A stretch of DNA of 64,000 bases from Afipia sp. (GTDB lineage: Bacteria; Pseudomonadota; Alphaproteobacteria; Rhizobiales; Xanthobacteraceae): assembly GCA_016201045.1 (NCBI GenBank), contig JACQDM010000001.1, positions 605,617 to 669,616 of the forward strand. Direction: 5' to 3'. Below are positions 18,217 through 28,582 of this stretch, piece after piece; the first letter of the stretch is position 1; each line of letters starts with the position of its first letter. The notes beneath the pieces were generated by a model. The model was not told the origin of the DNA and did no database searches. It saw only the letters and a list, made by a program, of their open reading frames with translations. The translations under genes and the position numbers were made by a program.

Positions 18217-20286
18217 TCAATGCGCGTTGGCCCAGACTTTCTTCTTCGTGAAATACAATAGGCCCGAAAGCAGGATCAGGAACACCATCACCTGCAGACC
18301 GAGGCGCTTGCGTGCCTCGAGCTTCGGCTCCGCTGTCCACATCAGGAACGCGGAGACGTCCTTGGCATATTGCTGGATCGTTGCAGGCGAACCGTCGTCA
18401 AACGTCACCTGGCCATCGCTCAAAGGCTTCGGCATCTTGATCGCGTGACCGGGGAAGATGTGATTATAGTACGAGCCGTCGGGCAGCGTGAAACCGGCCG
18501 GCGCCTTTTCCTCATAGCCCTGGAGCAACGCGTCGACATAGTTCGGGCCTTTCTCCTGAAACTGGATGAAGGCATCGAACAGAAATTGCGGGAAGCCGCG
18601 CTCATAACCACGCGCCTTCGCGATCAGCGAGAGGTCCGGCGGATAGGCTCCGCCATTCGAGGCGCGCGCTGCCTGTTCGTTCGCAAACGGGGCCGGGAAG
18701 TAATCCGCAGGGCGGCCGGGGCGTTCGAACATCTCGCCCTTATCGTTCGGCCCGTCCTGAATCTTGTAGTCCGATGCGAAAGCGGCAGCCTGCGCCACCG
18801 AATAGCCCGGACCGCCGGGATCGGCGAGATTGCGGAAGGCCACATAAGACAGCGCGTGACAGGCCGAGCAGACTTCCTTGTAAATCTTCAAACCGCGCTG
18901 AAGCTGCGCCTGATCGAATTTGCCGAGCGGGCCAGAAAACGACCATTTCAGCGAAGGCGGCACCGCACCGTGCGAGTCATCTGCGGCACTTGCCGTCCTG
19001 ACGTTGCCGAGCAGCAAACCACCGGCAACGAACGCAACGAGCAGCGATGCAAGAACCTTCTTGCCGGATTTCGCAAGAACGTCGTCTGCAATCGAATTCG
19101 GCAACGCACGCGGCTTTTCAATTCGGCTCAAAAGCGGCAGCACGATCAGGAAATACGCGAAGTAGCAGAAGGTCAGGATGCGACCGGCGATCACATAGAT
19201 GCCTTCCGGCGGCTTGGCACCGAGATAACCGAGGCCGATGCAGACCACGACGAAGAACCAGAAGAACTGCTTGGCCAGCGGGCGATAACGCGAGGAGCGC
19301 GTCTTTGCGTTGTCGAGCCACGGCAGGAACGCCAGCACGATGATTGCCGAGAACATCGCGATCACGCCTGCGAGTTTGTTCGGGATCGAACGCAGGATCG
19401 CGTAGAACGGCAGGTAATACCACTCAGGCACGATGTGCGCCGGCGTCACTGCCGGATTGGCCGGAATGTAGTTGTCCGGATCGCCGAGATAGTTCGGGAT
19501 GTAGAACACGAACCACGCAAAGAACAGCAGGAAGCACGCCATGCCGAACCCGTCCTTGATGGTCGCGTAAGGTGTGAATGCCACGGTGTCCTTTTCCGTC
19601 TTTGGCTCGACGCCAGCCGGATTGTTCTGACCGGCGACATGCAATGCCCAGACGTGCAGTACGACAACGCCTGCAATCACGAACGGCAGCAGGTAATGCA
19701 GCGAGAAAAAGCGATTCAGCGTCGGGTTACCGACCGAGTAGCCGCCCCACAGCAAGGTGACGATGCTGTCGCCGACATAAGGGATCGCGCCGAAAAGATT
19801 GGTGATGACGGTCGCGCCCCAGAAACTCATCTGGCCCCACGGCAGCACGTAACCCATGAAACCCGTTGCCATCATCAGCAGGTAGATGATGACGCCGAGA
19901 ATCCAGAGAACCTCGCGCGGCTCCTTGTATGAGCCGTAGTAGAGACCACGGAACATATGAATGTAGACGGCGATGAAGAACATCGACGCGCCATTGGAAT
20001 GTACGTAGCGCAGCAGCCAGCCGTAATTGACATCGCGCACAATCAGTTCGACAGATTTGAACGCGAAATCGACATGCGGTGTGTAGTGCATCGCCAGCAC
20101 AACGCCGGTCACGATCTGCACGCCGAGCATCAGCGACAGGATGCCGCCGAACGTCCACCAGTAATTCAAATTGCGCGGCGTCGGATACGCGACGAAGGAA
20201 GAATGAACCAGCCCGAAAATCGGAAGACGCTTTTCAATCCACTTCAAGGCTGGATTGGTCGGCTGGTAGTCGGATGGTCCGCTCAT
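18217..20286 (-). CDS. fbcH: Fused cytochrome b / cytochrome c1 precursor
   Basis: Cyt b motifs ([28 protein letters not shown]) continuous in frame with c1 (heme motif CSACH, C-terminal anchor). Confidence 0.96.
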   Translation of the reverse strand: MSGPSDYQPTNPALKWIEKRLPIFGLVHSSFVAYPTPRNLNYWWTFGGILSLMLGVQIVTGVVLAMHYTPHVDFAFKSVELIVRDVNYGWLLRYVHSNGASMFFIAVYIHMFRGLYYGSYKEPREVLWILGVIIYLLMMATGFMGYVLPWGQMSFWGATVITNLFGAIPYVGDSIVTLLWGGYSVGNPTLNRFFSLHYLLPFVIAGVVVLHVWALHVAGQNNPAGVEPKTEKDTVAFTPYATIKDGFGMACFLLFFAWFVFYIPNYLGDPDNYIPANPAVTPAHIVPEWYYLPFYAILRSIPNKLAGVIAMFSAIIVLAFLPWLDNAKTRSSRYRPLAKQFFWFFVVVCIGLGYLGAKPPEGIYVIAGRILTFCYFAYFLIVLPLLSRIEKPRALPNSIADDVLAKSGKKVLASLLVAFVAGGLLLGNVRTASAADDSHGAVPPSLKWSFSGPLGKFDQAQLQRGLKIYKEVCSACHALSYVAFRNLADPGGPGYSVAQAAAFASDYKIQDGPNDKGEMFERPGRPADYFPAPFANEQAARASNGGAYPPDLSLIAKARGYERGFPQFLFDAFIQFQEKGPNYVDALLQGYEEKAPAGFTLPDGSYYNHIFPGHAIKMPKPLSDGQVTFDDGSPATIQQYAKDVSAFLMWTAEPKLEARKRLGLQVMVFLILLSGLLYFTKKKVWANAH

Positions 20287-20334
20287 GATGCGATCCTGAA
20301 AAAGAAGAAGCGAGGCAATCGGTCAGGTGGAAGG

Positions 20335-20862
20335 TCAGCCGATCTTGATTTTGGTGTCGGAGATGAAAGCGTAAGGCGGCACGGCCAGATTCAGCGGCGC
20401 CGGTCCCTGGCGGATGCGGCCTGAGGAATCGTACTGCGAGCCGTGGCACGGGCAGAAGAAGCCGTCGTAGCTGCCTTCATGCGCGATCGGGATACAACCG
20501 AGATGCGTGCAGATGCCGATCACGACGAGCCACTGATCGTGGCCCTCCTTGGTGCGCGACTGATCGCTCTGCGGATCGGGCAGGCTCGATACCGGCACCG
20601 CGCGGGCTTCTTCAACCTGCTTCTTGGTGCGGTTCATGATGTAGATCGGCTTGCCGCGCCAAAACACCTTGATGTCCTGCCCCTCCGCGATCGGCGACAG
20701 ATCGACTTCGATCGGCGCGCCCGCGGCGATAGTAGATGCGTCCGGATTCATCTGCGAGATGAGCGGCCAGGCGGCGGCGACACCTGCGACTGCGCCCACG
20801 GCTCCGGTTGCGACAAAGAGGAAATCTCGGCGTGTCGGCTCGGCCGAAGAGGAAGACGTCAC
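20335..20862 (-). CDS. petA: Ubiquinol-cytochrome c reductase Rieske Fe-S subunit (FbcF/PetA)
   Basis: Tat motif TRRDFL, CTHLGC and CPCHGS boxes. Confidence 0.97.
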   Translation of the reverse strand: MTSSSSAEPTRRDFLFVATGAVGAVAGVAAAWPLISQMNPDASTIAAGAPIEVDLSPIAEGQDIKVFWRGKPIYIMNRTKKQVEEARAVPVSSLPDPQSDQSRTKEGHDQWLVVIGICTHLGCIPIAHEGSYDGFFCPCHGSQYDSSGRIRQGPAPLNLAVPPYAFISDTKIKIG

Positions 20863-21137
20863 GATTGCAAACCCTTTCCGAACTGCGGTGCGGAACCGCT
20901 AGCGATTTCTCGCGGCGGACGGGCCGGCAGGAGGTGCCGGTACCCGCTGGATCCGCGGTTGCAGAATGACCACTTATCCCACTCAACCGGGCGGAACATG
21001 CGGTCTAGAATCGATCTATTGGCACCCTTGCCGAAAGAGCGCAAGCCCGCTATCGGCACACTTTAGTGCGATGCACTAAAACTTCCAGAAGCCGATAAAA
21101 ATTCAGACTTTCCCAACGGGCCGAGAAGCTTATCGAA

Positions 21138-21596
21138 ATGCACATCGCCCTCTATCAGCCCGACATTCCGCAGAACACCGGAACGATTCTACGGCTCTGT
21201 GCGTGCCTGAATGTGGAAGCCCATATCATCGAACCGGCGGGATTTCCGGTGACCGACCGCCATTTCCGGCGCGCCGGCATGGACTATCTGGATCAGGTGA
21301 CGATCATGCGTCATGAGTCATGGACAAAGTTCGAGGAATGGCGCCGCGACGCCTCCTGCCGCCTGATCCTGTTTACGACGAAGGCCGCGCGACCCTATCT
21401 GGATCAGGATTTTGGAAACGACGACGTGCTGCTGTTCGGCCGGGAATCTGCCGGCGTACCCGACGATGTCCATAGTGCCGCCGATGAGCGGGTGGTGATT
21501 CCGATTGCTACCGGCATGCGCTCGCTCAACGTTGCGGTCGCAGCAGCAATGGCGCTTGGCGAAGCGCTAAGGCAAACGCAAAAGGTGCGAGCGTGA
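21138..21596 (+). CDS. trmL: tRNA (cytidine/uridine34-2'-O)-methyltransferase
   Basis: LYQPDIPQNTG, RRAGMDY, FGRESAG, RSLNVAVA SPOUT motifs. Confidence 0.93.
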   Translation: MHIALYQPDIPQNTGTILRLCACLNVEAHIIEPAGFPVTDRHFRRAGMDYLDQVTIMRHESWTKFEEWRRDASCRLILFTTKAARPYLDQDFGNDDVLLFGRESAGVPDDVHSAADERVVIPIATGMRSLNVAVAAAMALGEALRQTQKVRA

Positions 21597-22225
21597 GTTA
21601 CGCGGTCAAGGAGATCTTCCTGACTCTGCAGGGTGAAGGCGCCCACGCCGGGCGCACAGCCGTGTTCTGCCGCTTCAGCGGCTGCAATTTGTGGAGCGGT
21701 CGCGAGGAAGACCGCGCCAGTGCGGTTTGTAATTTTTGCGACACCGATTTCGTCGGCACCGACGGCACGCTCGGCGGGCGCTATGCCACCGCCGACGAGT
21801 TGGCAGACACGATCGACAAGGAATGGCGCGGCCCGCCCGATCATCGCTTTGCGGTCCTGACCGGCGGCGAGCCCCTGCTGCAGGTGGACGAAGCGTTTAT
21901 CGACGCACTCCACGCGCGCGGATTTGAGATCGCGGTCGAAACCAACGGCACGATCGCCGTTCCGCCCGGCCTGGACTGGGTCTGCGTCAGTCCGAAAGCG
22001 CGGGCCGAATTAATCGTCCGCGAAGGCCATGAACTGAAATTGGTCTATCCGCAGGCGGAGAACACACCCGATGAATTCGCCGATCTGGCCTTCGAGCGGT
22101 TCTCATTGCAGCCGCTGGATGGACCTGACATAGCGCAAAGCACAAAGGCGGCGATTGACTACTGCCTGCAACATCCGCAATGGCGTCTTAGCGTACAAAC
22201 GCATAAATCACTGGGTATCAGGTAA
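21593..22225 (+). CDS. queE: 7-carboxy-7-deazaguanine synthase
   Basis: EIFLTLQGEG, radical-SAM motif CX14CX2C, LTGGEP, ETNG, RLSVQTHK. Confidence 0.93.
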   Translation: MSYAVKEIFLTLQGEGAHAGRTAVFCRFSGCNLWSGREEDRASAVCNFCDTDFVGTDGTLGGRYATADELADTIDKEWRGPPDHRFAVLTGGEPLLQVDEAFIDALHARGFEIAVETNGTIAVPPGLDWVCVSPKARAELIVREGHELKLVYPQAENTPDEFADLAFERFSLQPLDGPDIAQSTKAAIDYCLQHPQWRLSVQTHKSLGIR

Positions 22226-22240
22226 TCGGACAACGGGCTT

Positions 22241-22615
22241 ATGTGGGAATTGACCAAATCATTTCGTTTCGAGGCTGCGCATTCGCTGCGCGGGACCACG
22301 CTCGGCGAAATCAGCGAGGAAATTCACGGCCACTCCTACCGTGCCGAGGTGACGCTTCGCGGCAAACCTGACGTCGAGACCGGGATGCTGGTCGATGTCG
22401 GGATTTTTGAGCAGCGCTTGTCTGAACTTCAGAAAAGGCTCGATCACAAGTTGCTCGATCGCATTCAGGCGATTGGCCCGGCGACGCTGGAAAATCTTTC
22501 GCGCTTCATCTGGGACAACGTCCAGCACACCGGCCATGTCGTGCGCGTGAGCGTTCATCGCGACAGTTGCGGAGAAAGCTGTACCTATTTCGGACCCCAG
22601 TCCGATGGCCGATAG
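22241..22615 (+). CDS. queD: 6-carboxytetrahydropterin synthase
   Basis: FEAAH, HGHSY, LDH, TLENL T-fold motifs; follows queE. Confidence 0.88.
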   Translation: MWELTKSFRFEAAHSLRGTTLGEISEEIHGHSYRAEVTLRGKPDVETGMLVDVGIFEQRLSELQKRLDHKLLDRIQAIGPATLENLSRFIWDNVQHTGHVVRVSVHRDSCGESCTYFGPQSDGR

Positions 22616-23492
22616 CGTCCTCGATCAGCGCAAGCAAACAGCGCGCGCTTGGTTCGAGAAACTTCGCGACGGTATCTGTATCAGCCTCGAAAAACTGGAA
22701 ATCGATGCACCCTCCTCGCTCTATCCGGGCGAGGCGGCAAAATTCGTGCGCACGCCGTGGGAGCGCACCGATCACACTGGCAAGCCCGGCGGCGGCGGCG
22801 TCATGTCGGTTTTGCGCGGACGGCTATTCGAGAAGGCCGGTGTCCATTGCTCGACCGTGCACGGCGAATTCGCTCCCGAATTCAGGGCGCAAATTCCCGG
22901 AGCGGCCGACGATCCGCGGTTTTGGGCGTCGGGAATCTCGCTGATCGTTCACCCGCGCAATCCGAATATCCCCGCCGTTCACATGAACACACGTTTTGTG
23001 GTGACGACCAAGGCATGGTTCGGCGGCGGCGCGGACCTGACGCCGGTTCTGGATCGCAGACGAACGCAGGATGATGCCGACACCAAGGATTTCCACGCGG
23101 CACTGAAAGAAGCATGCGACGCGCACCTAGCCGTCGCGCCCTACGAGAAGTTCAAGACGTGGTGCGACGAGTATTTCCATCTCGCCCATCGCAAGGAGCC
23201 GCGCGGCGTCGGCGGCATTTTTTACGACTGGCTCGATACCGGGAGTTGGGACGCCGACTTCGCCTTCACGCAGGATGTCGGCCGTGCGTTTGCCCGCATC
23301 TACCCCGCGCTCGTGCAACGTAATTTCAAATCGAAATGGAGTGCGAAAGATCGCGAGGAACAGCTCGTGCGGCGCGGACGCTATGTGGAATTCAATCTGC
23401 TCTACGATCGCGGGACGATTTTCGGCCTCAAGACCGGCGGCAACGTGGAGTCGATACTCTCGTCCATGCCGCCCGAGGTGAAATGGCCCTAG
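22605..23492 (+). CDS. hemF: Oxygen-dependent coproporphyrinogen III oxidase
   Basis: [47 protein letters not shown]. Confidence 0.97.
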   Translation: MADSVLDQRKQTARAWFEKLRDGICISLEKLEIDAPSSLYPGEAAKFVRTPWERTDHTGKPGGGGVMSVLRGRLFEKAGVHCSTVHGEFAPEFRAQIPGAADDPRFWASGISLIVHPRNPNIPAVHMNTRFVVTTKAWFGGGADLTPVLDRRRTQDDADTKDFHAALKEACDAHLAVAPYEKFKTWCDEYFHLAHRKEPRGVGGIFYDWLDTGSWDADFAFTQDVGRAFARIYPALVQRNFKSKWSAKDREEQLVRRGRYVEFNLLYDRGTIFGLKTGGNVESILSSMPPEVKWP

Positions 23493-23550
23493 GTGGCCCG
23501 ATTTTCCGGTAATGCCTTGAAAAACAAGAAGTTCGGGCGGCTGATGCATT

Positions 23551-23580
23551 GTTACCTATACAACACACTCGCGAGATAAC
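23551..23580 (+). promoter_or_regulatory. Conserved upstream motif of OMP gene 1
   Basis: 23/30 identical to 24569-24598 and at the same distance (116-117 nt) from the ATG. Confidence 0.6.
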
Positions 23581-23696
23581 GCTCCCGGTACTTCGCCACT
23601 TGGCTTGATTCGATTTGAGCTCCCTTCCGTACCCCGGTACTTTTTGAAGGAGCATAAACGGTGGAATCGCACCGGCTAAAAGTTATGGGGGCTTCA

Positions 23697-24473
23697 ATGC
23701 GTAAGGTTTCTCTTCTTGTCGTTGCGGCAGCAAGTTTCGCGTTCGCCGGAGCTGCGTCGGCCGCCGACATGGCGGCCAAGCCGGTCTACACCAAGGCTCC
23801 GGTCGCTCCGGTTTGGTCCTGGACCGGATCGTATATCGGCGGTTACGTCGGCGGTGCGTGGGCGGATCCGTGCACGAGCGTTCCAGTCAACGGTGGCGGC
23901 GTTCCTTTGTTCGGCGGCGGACCTGCTTGCTACAACATGGGCTCGAGCGTCATCGGCGGTTACACCGGCGGTTACAACTGGCAGTTCGCACCGAACTGGC
24001 TGGTCGGTTACGAAGGTGAAACCGGCTATATGAAATTGAAGGGCACCGGATTCTATCCCGGCGCTCCGACCGTTTTCTCGACGACCGAAACCGGAAGTCT
24101 CTACAGCGTGTGGGCCGCACGCTTCGGTTACGTGATGGACAAGTCGCTGATCTACGTGAAGGGCGGCGCCGCGCTCGCGCAGTTTGAAAACACCGTGTTC
24201 AACGGTGCAGGAACGGTGTTCCTTAACGCCAAGAAATATGAGTGGACCTACGCGGTCGGCGGCGGCTGGGAATACGCCTTCGATCCGAAGTGGAGCCTGA
24301 AAGCCGAATATCTGTATCTCGGTTTCGACAGCAATACGCTCAACCAGACTGGCATCTCGAATGGCTTGCGCGTTGGCGTGGTTCAGGAGTTCGCTGGCAC
24401 GACGCTTCCTGGCATCCACACGGTCAAGGTCGGCCTGAACTACAAGTGGGACTGGTTCAGCCTGCTGCGTTAA
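23697..24473 (+). CDS. Outer membrane beta-barrel protein (Omp25/Omp31/RopB-like), copy 1
   Basis: Signal peptide ending ASA-AD, YTKAP..WSWTGSYIG, GGGWEYAF, KAEYLY. Confidence 0.9.
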   Translation: MRKVSLLVVAAASFAFAGAASAADMAAKPVYTKAPVAPVWSWTGSYIGGYVGGAWADPCTSVPVNGGGVPLFGGGPACYNMGSSVIGGYTGGYNWQFAPNWLVGYEGETGYMKLKGTGFYPGAPTVFSTTETGSLYSVWAARFGYVMDKSLIYVKGGAALAQFENTVFNGAGTVFLNAKKYEWTYAVGGGWEYAFDPKWSLKAEYLYLGFDSNTLNQTGISNGLRVGVVQEFAGTTLPGIHTVKVGLNYKWDWFSLLR

Positions 24474-24499
24474 GCGCTGTTCAGCTCCTTCGATCATTG

Positions 24500-24533
24500 A
24501 AAGCCCCCGGACCCTGTTCCGGGGGTTTTTGTT
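24500..24533 (+). terminator. Rho-independent terminator
   Basis: CCCCGGA-N-TCCGGGG followed by TTTTT. Confidence 0.85.
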
Positions 24534-24568
24534 GAAGGTATCCAGATACTTAAATCTTGAGCCTCGCT

Positions 24569-24598
24569 GTTACCGATACAGCACACCGTCTGGATAAC
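24569..24598 (+). promoter_or_regulatory. Conserved upstream motif of OMP gene 2
   Basis: GTTACCgATACAgCACAC....GATAAC, paralogous to 23551-23580. Confidence 0.6.
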
Positions 24599-24713
24599 GG
24601 GGCGCCCGCTCCGGGATTATCGGGGAATCGGTTGAGCTTGCAGGAAGGGGCAAGTATTTCTGGTGCCATAGATGCGGCGGAATCGCGCCGCCAAGGAATT
24701 TTGGGGGCTTCCG

Positions 24714-25460
24714 ATGCGTAAGATTTCACTCCTCGTTGCTGCCGCGGCGAGCCTTGCTTTCGCGGGTGCCGCGTCCGCAGCCGACATGGCTCGGCCCGTT
24801 TACACGAAGGCTGCTCCAATGGTCCCGGTCTGGTCCTGGACCGGCTCATACATCGGCGGCTACGTCGGCGGTGCGTTCAGCACGAAAAACTACACCAACA
24901 CTGACCCCTTCAACGTGAGCGCCACGCCCGGCTACAGCATGAGCTCGAGCTTCATCGGCGGCTACACCGGCGGCTACAACTACCAGTTCTCACCGAACTG
25001 GCTGATCGGTTACGAAGGTGAAACCGGCTACATCCACATGAAGGGTACGGGTCTCTCGGCTGTTGCCCCCGCCTTCGGTACCGCCGAAATCGGCAACTAT
25101 TATTCCACTTGGACGGCGCGCCTTGGCTACGTGATGGACAAGTCGCTGATCTACGCAAAGGGCGGCGTTGTCTTGGCTCGCTTCGACACCGGCATCTACT
25201 CGGGCGTGCCTGCTGCCGGCGGCTGGACCGGAGCATTCACCAGTCACAAGTACGAGTTCGGCTATGCAGTCGGCGGCGGCTGGGAATATGCCTTCGATCC
25301 GAAGTGGAGCGTCAAGGCCGAATACGAGTACCTCGGCTTCGATCGCGACTTCACCTACAACAATGGTGCGGGCGTTGCTTCGACCACCCATTTCGGCGGC
25401 ATCCACACCGGCAAGGTCGGCCTGAACTACAAGTGGGATTGGTTCAGCATGCTGCGCTAA
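24714..25460 (+). CDS. Outer membrane beta-barrel protein (Omp25/Omp31/RopB-like), copy 2
   Basis: Tandem paralog of 23697-24473 with the same strand motifs and C-terminus. Confidence 0.9.
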   Translation: MRKISLLVAAAASLAFAGAASAADMARPVYTKAAPMVPVWSWTGSYIGGYVGGAFSTKNYTNTDPFNVSATPGYSMSSSFIGGYTGGYNYQFSPNWLIGYEGETGYIHMKGTGLSAVAPAFGTAEIGNYYSTWTARLGYVMDKSLIYAKGGVVLARFDTGIYSGVPAAGGWTGAFTSHKYEFGYAVGGGWEYAFDPKWSVKAEYEYLGFDRDFTYNNGAGVASTTHFGGIHTGKVGLNYKWDWFSMLR

Positions 25461-25486
25461 GCGCTGCTGAATTTCTCAGATCGTCG

Positions 25487-25519
25487 AAACCCCGGACCCT
25501 CGGTCCGGGGTTTTTGTTT
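25487..25519 (+). terminator. Rho-independent terminator
   Basis: AAACCCCGGACC-ctc-GGTCCGGGGTTT followed by a T-tract. Confidence 0.85.
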
Positions 25520-25523
25520 GCAC

Positions 25524-26777
25524 TTACAATCGATGGTCGTGCTTGAAGCGGGACACCGTTTCATCCGCAAGACTATTGAGGGAGCTTGAATCGAGCGGGA
25601 AATTCGCGGCAAGCCAAGCGTCCTCCGCCAGAGCCAGGACATGACCGAGCGCATGCCCCTCGGGGATTCCGCGTGACATGAAATCTGACGCCTTCAGCGG
25701 GAAAGCGGGAGGCGTCCAGCGGTCCGGCAGCGTGGCATGCTCCAGCCAACCCGCATCCCCCTGATGCCCGGAACGCGCCCATGCCAGCATGATACGGTCG
25801 CGATAGCGTGCCGCACCCAGCCGGTAGAGTCTGCGCCGGGCGACAGCGTCATCCATTGCAGCAAGCCGCCACCAGCGGTGCCCCATCGAATCCAGCCGTT
25901 TGGCTTCGGCATTGGAAAGCCGCAACCTTCGTGTAATGCGCCGCGCATCCTCGGTAACTGCAACTGTCAGCGCGCCGAGACGCAAAATTGAATCGGACGG
26001 CAGGCCGAGCTTGGCTTCGATATGCATCATCCGCGCGAACGCGCCGCGATAGCCAATTCCCGCAGTCAAACGCAGAAGGAGGCCGCCATCGTCCATCGCA
26101 ACGAGCGCCGGCAGCGCATTCTTGGCAACGACGAGCTTGAGCATTTCCGCCCGGATGCGCTCCGCCGACAACCCTGCCAAACCATCCCGTCCGGCGATGC
26201 ATGCGGCATAACCGGCAGGATCGGGCGCTCCTTCGCCATAGGCCGCATGAATGCGGAAGAATCTCAGGATGCGCAGATAATCTTCCGCAATGCGTTGCGA
26301 CGCATCTCCAATGAATCGCACACGCCTTGTGTCGATGTCGGCGATCCCTCCGACCTCGTCATGAATTTGTCCGTCGGGGGTTAGAGAAAGGCCGTTCATG
26401 GTGAAATCGCGCCGCATCGCGTCGCGTGCCCAGTCGCGGCCGAAAGCAACCTTGGCCTTGCGTCCGAATGTTTCGATATCTTCGCGCAGCGTCGTGACTT
26501 CAAAAGGCTTACTATCGATGATGAGAGTGACGGTGCCGTGTTCGACACCTGTCGGGACGCTCTTGATGTGAGCAAGCCTTGCGCGACGGATCACCTCATC
26601 CGGCAACGCCGTCGTCGCGATGTCGATTTCGCCGACCGGAAGACCCATAAGCGCATTGCGCACCGCCCCGCCGACAACCCGCGCCTCCTCGCCGTCAGCA
26701 TTGAGCAGCGCCAGCACGCGGGCAGCCGGCCCCGAAGTCAGCCACGAAGCATCACGCAGAGAGCGCGCGGCGATCAT
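25524..26777 (-). CDS. CCA tRNA nucleotidyltransferase / poly(A) polymerase family
   Basis: VVGGAVRN, EIDIAT, EVTTLRED, RRDFTMNGL, EDYLRILRFFR; start trimmed to 26777. Confidence 0.92.
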   Translation of the reverse strand: MIAARSLRDASWLTSGPAARVLALLNADGEEARVVGGAVRNALMGLPVGEIDIATTALPDEVIRRARLAHIKSVPTGVEHGTVTLIIDSKPFEVTTLREDIETFGRKAKVAFGRDWARDAMRRDFTMNGLSLTPDGQIHDEVGGIADIDTRRVRFIGDASQRIAEDYLRILRFFRIHAAYGEGAPDPAGYAACIAGRDGLAGLSAERIRAEMLKLVVAKNALPALVAMDDGGLLLRLTAGIGYRGAFARMMHIEAKLGLPSDSILRLGALTVAVTEDARRITRRLRLSNAEAKRLDSMGHRWWRLAAMDDAVARRRLYRLGAARYRDRIMLAWARSGHQGDAGWLEHATLPDRWTPPAFPLKASDFMSRGIPEGHALGHVLALAEDAWLAANFPLDSSSLNSLADETVSRFKHDHRL

Positions 26778-27037
26778 TTCTCGAAGCCTTGGATAAGTTT
26801 TCCGTTTTCGAGATGCGCCGGAACATAGGTCTTGCCCGGGGGCTCGCCGGAGAAGTTGGCGAGCAGTACGAGACTGAGGATGACAAGAGCAAGCGCAGCA
26901 AATGTCAGCTTGGCGATCAGATGGAGCGGCCAATGCATCTGATCGAAGGCACCAGAGCGGGTCGCGAACAGATAAACCGCATACACCGCAAACGGGATCA
27001 GAAAAATTCCGATTTCGGTGAGAACCGGGCGGATCAT
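26774..27037 (-). CDS. Small membrane protein (DUF6111-like)
   Basis: Two hydrophobic helices, C-terminal YVPAHLENGKL; overlaps both neighbours by 4 nt. Confidence 0.75.
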   Translation of the reverse strand: MIRPVLTEIGIFLIPFAVYAVYLFATRSGAFDQMHWPLHLIAKLTFAALALVILSLVLLANFSGEPPGKTYVPAHLENGKLIQGFEK

Positions 27038-27720
27038 AGGTAGATCCGCTCATACAGCGCACGAAGCATGCCCGCCGTCGCACCCCAAATGTAACGCTGC
27101 TCGAACGGCATTTCGTAGAATGATCGCTGCATGCCCCGGAATTCCTTGGTCCCCAGCTTGTGATTGACAGGATCCATCAGAAAAGCGAGCGGTACCTCGA
27201 ACACGTCGTCGACTTCGTCCTGGCTGATGGTCAACTCAAAGCCCGGCTCGACACGAGCGAGAACGGGCATGATGCGAAATCCGAAACCTGTCGCATAGAC
27301 ATCGAGATAGCCGACCGGATCGACAAATCTGCGCTTCAACCCGATTTCTTCATCGGCCTCACGGAGCGCGGCGTCGAGCGGCGAGCCGTCGCTTTGCTCA
27401 ATCTTGCCTCCGGGAAATGAAATCTGTCCCGCGTGCTCATTGAGATGAGCCGCTCGCGTCGTCAGAAGCACCGTCGGCATTTCGCGCTCGACAACCGGGA
27501 CCAGAACCGCAGCGGGCCGCACGGGCTTCTCTTGGGCGATGATCTTGAGCATGGCGTCGGTACCGAGATCGCCGGTCGGCGCGAGAATTCTCGGATCCGT
27601 TAACCCCGGCGGCACCGAGAAGCTGAGGCGCTCGCGCGCGCGGCGGAAAAATTCCTGCGAATCCATATTGAGAGGCGTGTTGAGCTTCGCTACGGCACGA
27701 TGCAGATTGCTATCGATCAA
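27034..27720 (-). CDS. CoA pyrophosphatase (Nudix, NudL-like)
   Basis: AAVLVP, HAGQISFPGG, Nudix box ALREADEEIGL, IWGATAGML; start may be further downstream. Confidence 0.9.
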   Translation of the reverse strand: MIDSNLHRAVAKLNTPLNMDSQEFFRRARERLSFSVPPGLTDPRILAPTGDLGTDAMLKIIAQEKPVRPAAVLVPVVEREMPTVLLTTRAAHLNEHAGQISFPGGKIEQSDGSPLDAALREADEEIGLKRRFVDPVGYLDVYATGFGFRIMPVLARVEPGFELTISQDEVDDVFEVPLAFLMDPVNHKLGTKEFRGMQRSFYEMPFEQRYIWGATAGMLRALYERIYL

Positions 27721-28325
27721 GTCGCAGCCCTCACATGCACGGCGTCCGCCATTGCGAAAAATTCTCCATTGGAAACCACGCCGAACATCTCGCGCCCATC
27801 CACAATCCGCTCCTCGCCCATTTCAACAAGGTCATAGTAGAGCGCGCGTGTAACCTTTGCCCAGAGGTCAGAACGCACGTGAAGGTAAGGCGTAATCCCG
27901 CCGTCGGACGCCATCTCAAATCTCAAGCGGTGCTCCGGGTTGCAAGGTACCCAGTCATCCATGTTGGTACGGAAGGTGAGTTTGCGCGAAGCGCCTTCGC
28001 CCTCCTCTGCCATCTCCACTGCCATGAACGGCGCGTCATCGACCCGGATGCCGACTTTTTCGACCGGCGTGACGAGAAAATATTTGCCGTCTTCATGCTT
28101 GAGGATGGTGGAGAACAGCTTCACCAGTGCATGGCGGCCAATCGGCGTGCCGAGATAGAACCATGTTCCATCGGTCGCGATGCGCATATCGAGATCGCCG
28201 CAGAATGGCGGATTCCACAGATGAACCGGCGGCAGGCCCTTGGCCGCGGCGCCTCGCGCGGCCTGCGTCAGATTGTCGAGACGGTGCGCGGGATTGGCGG
28301 TCTGTTTCTGCCCTTCGTTCGCCAT
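27717..28325 (-). CDS. DUF1285 family protein
   Basis: PPVHLWNPPFCGDLDMRI..DGTWFY.G.PI.R, LVTPVEK..I.VDDAPF. Confidence 0.85.
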   Translation of the reverse strand: MANEGQKQTANPAHRLDNLTQAARGAAAKGLPPVHLWNPPFCGDLDMRIATDGTWFYLGTPIGRHALVKLFSTILKHEDGKYFLVTPVEKVGIRVDDAPFMAVEMAEEGEGASRKLTFRTNMDDWVPCNPEHRLRFEMASDGGITPYLHVRSDLWAKVTRALYYDLVEMGEERIVDGREMFGVVSNGEFFAMADAVHVRAAT

Positions 28326-28582
28326 TCTTTGCCCTGACGTTGGAGACGTTATTTGGCACGATCGGTGCACGTCGAAAACAGTGAATTCGCTGTAAAACAG
28401 CACGAATAAATCGCCACAATTTGATCGGGTCGGCCCCTGTCAAACGCTAATGTGGGGACGACGAAAGCGTTGCGGAATACTTGGCCTTTGCACGAGCTTA
28501 GCATGGGCGGGACGCGAATCGAATTGCGGGAATATCTCGCAGAATTGGCGCCTGTGGGCGCACCAGCGCAAGGAGCGACTTC

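Noticed and set aside
20863-21137. RegR/PrrA or FixK2 boxes upstream of petA
   Set aside because: Only weak GC-rich partial matches, expected by chance; no TTGAT-N4-ATCAA
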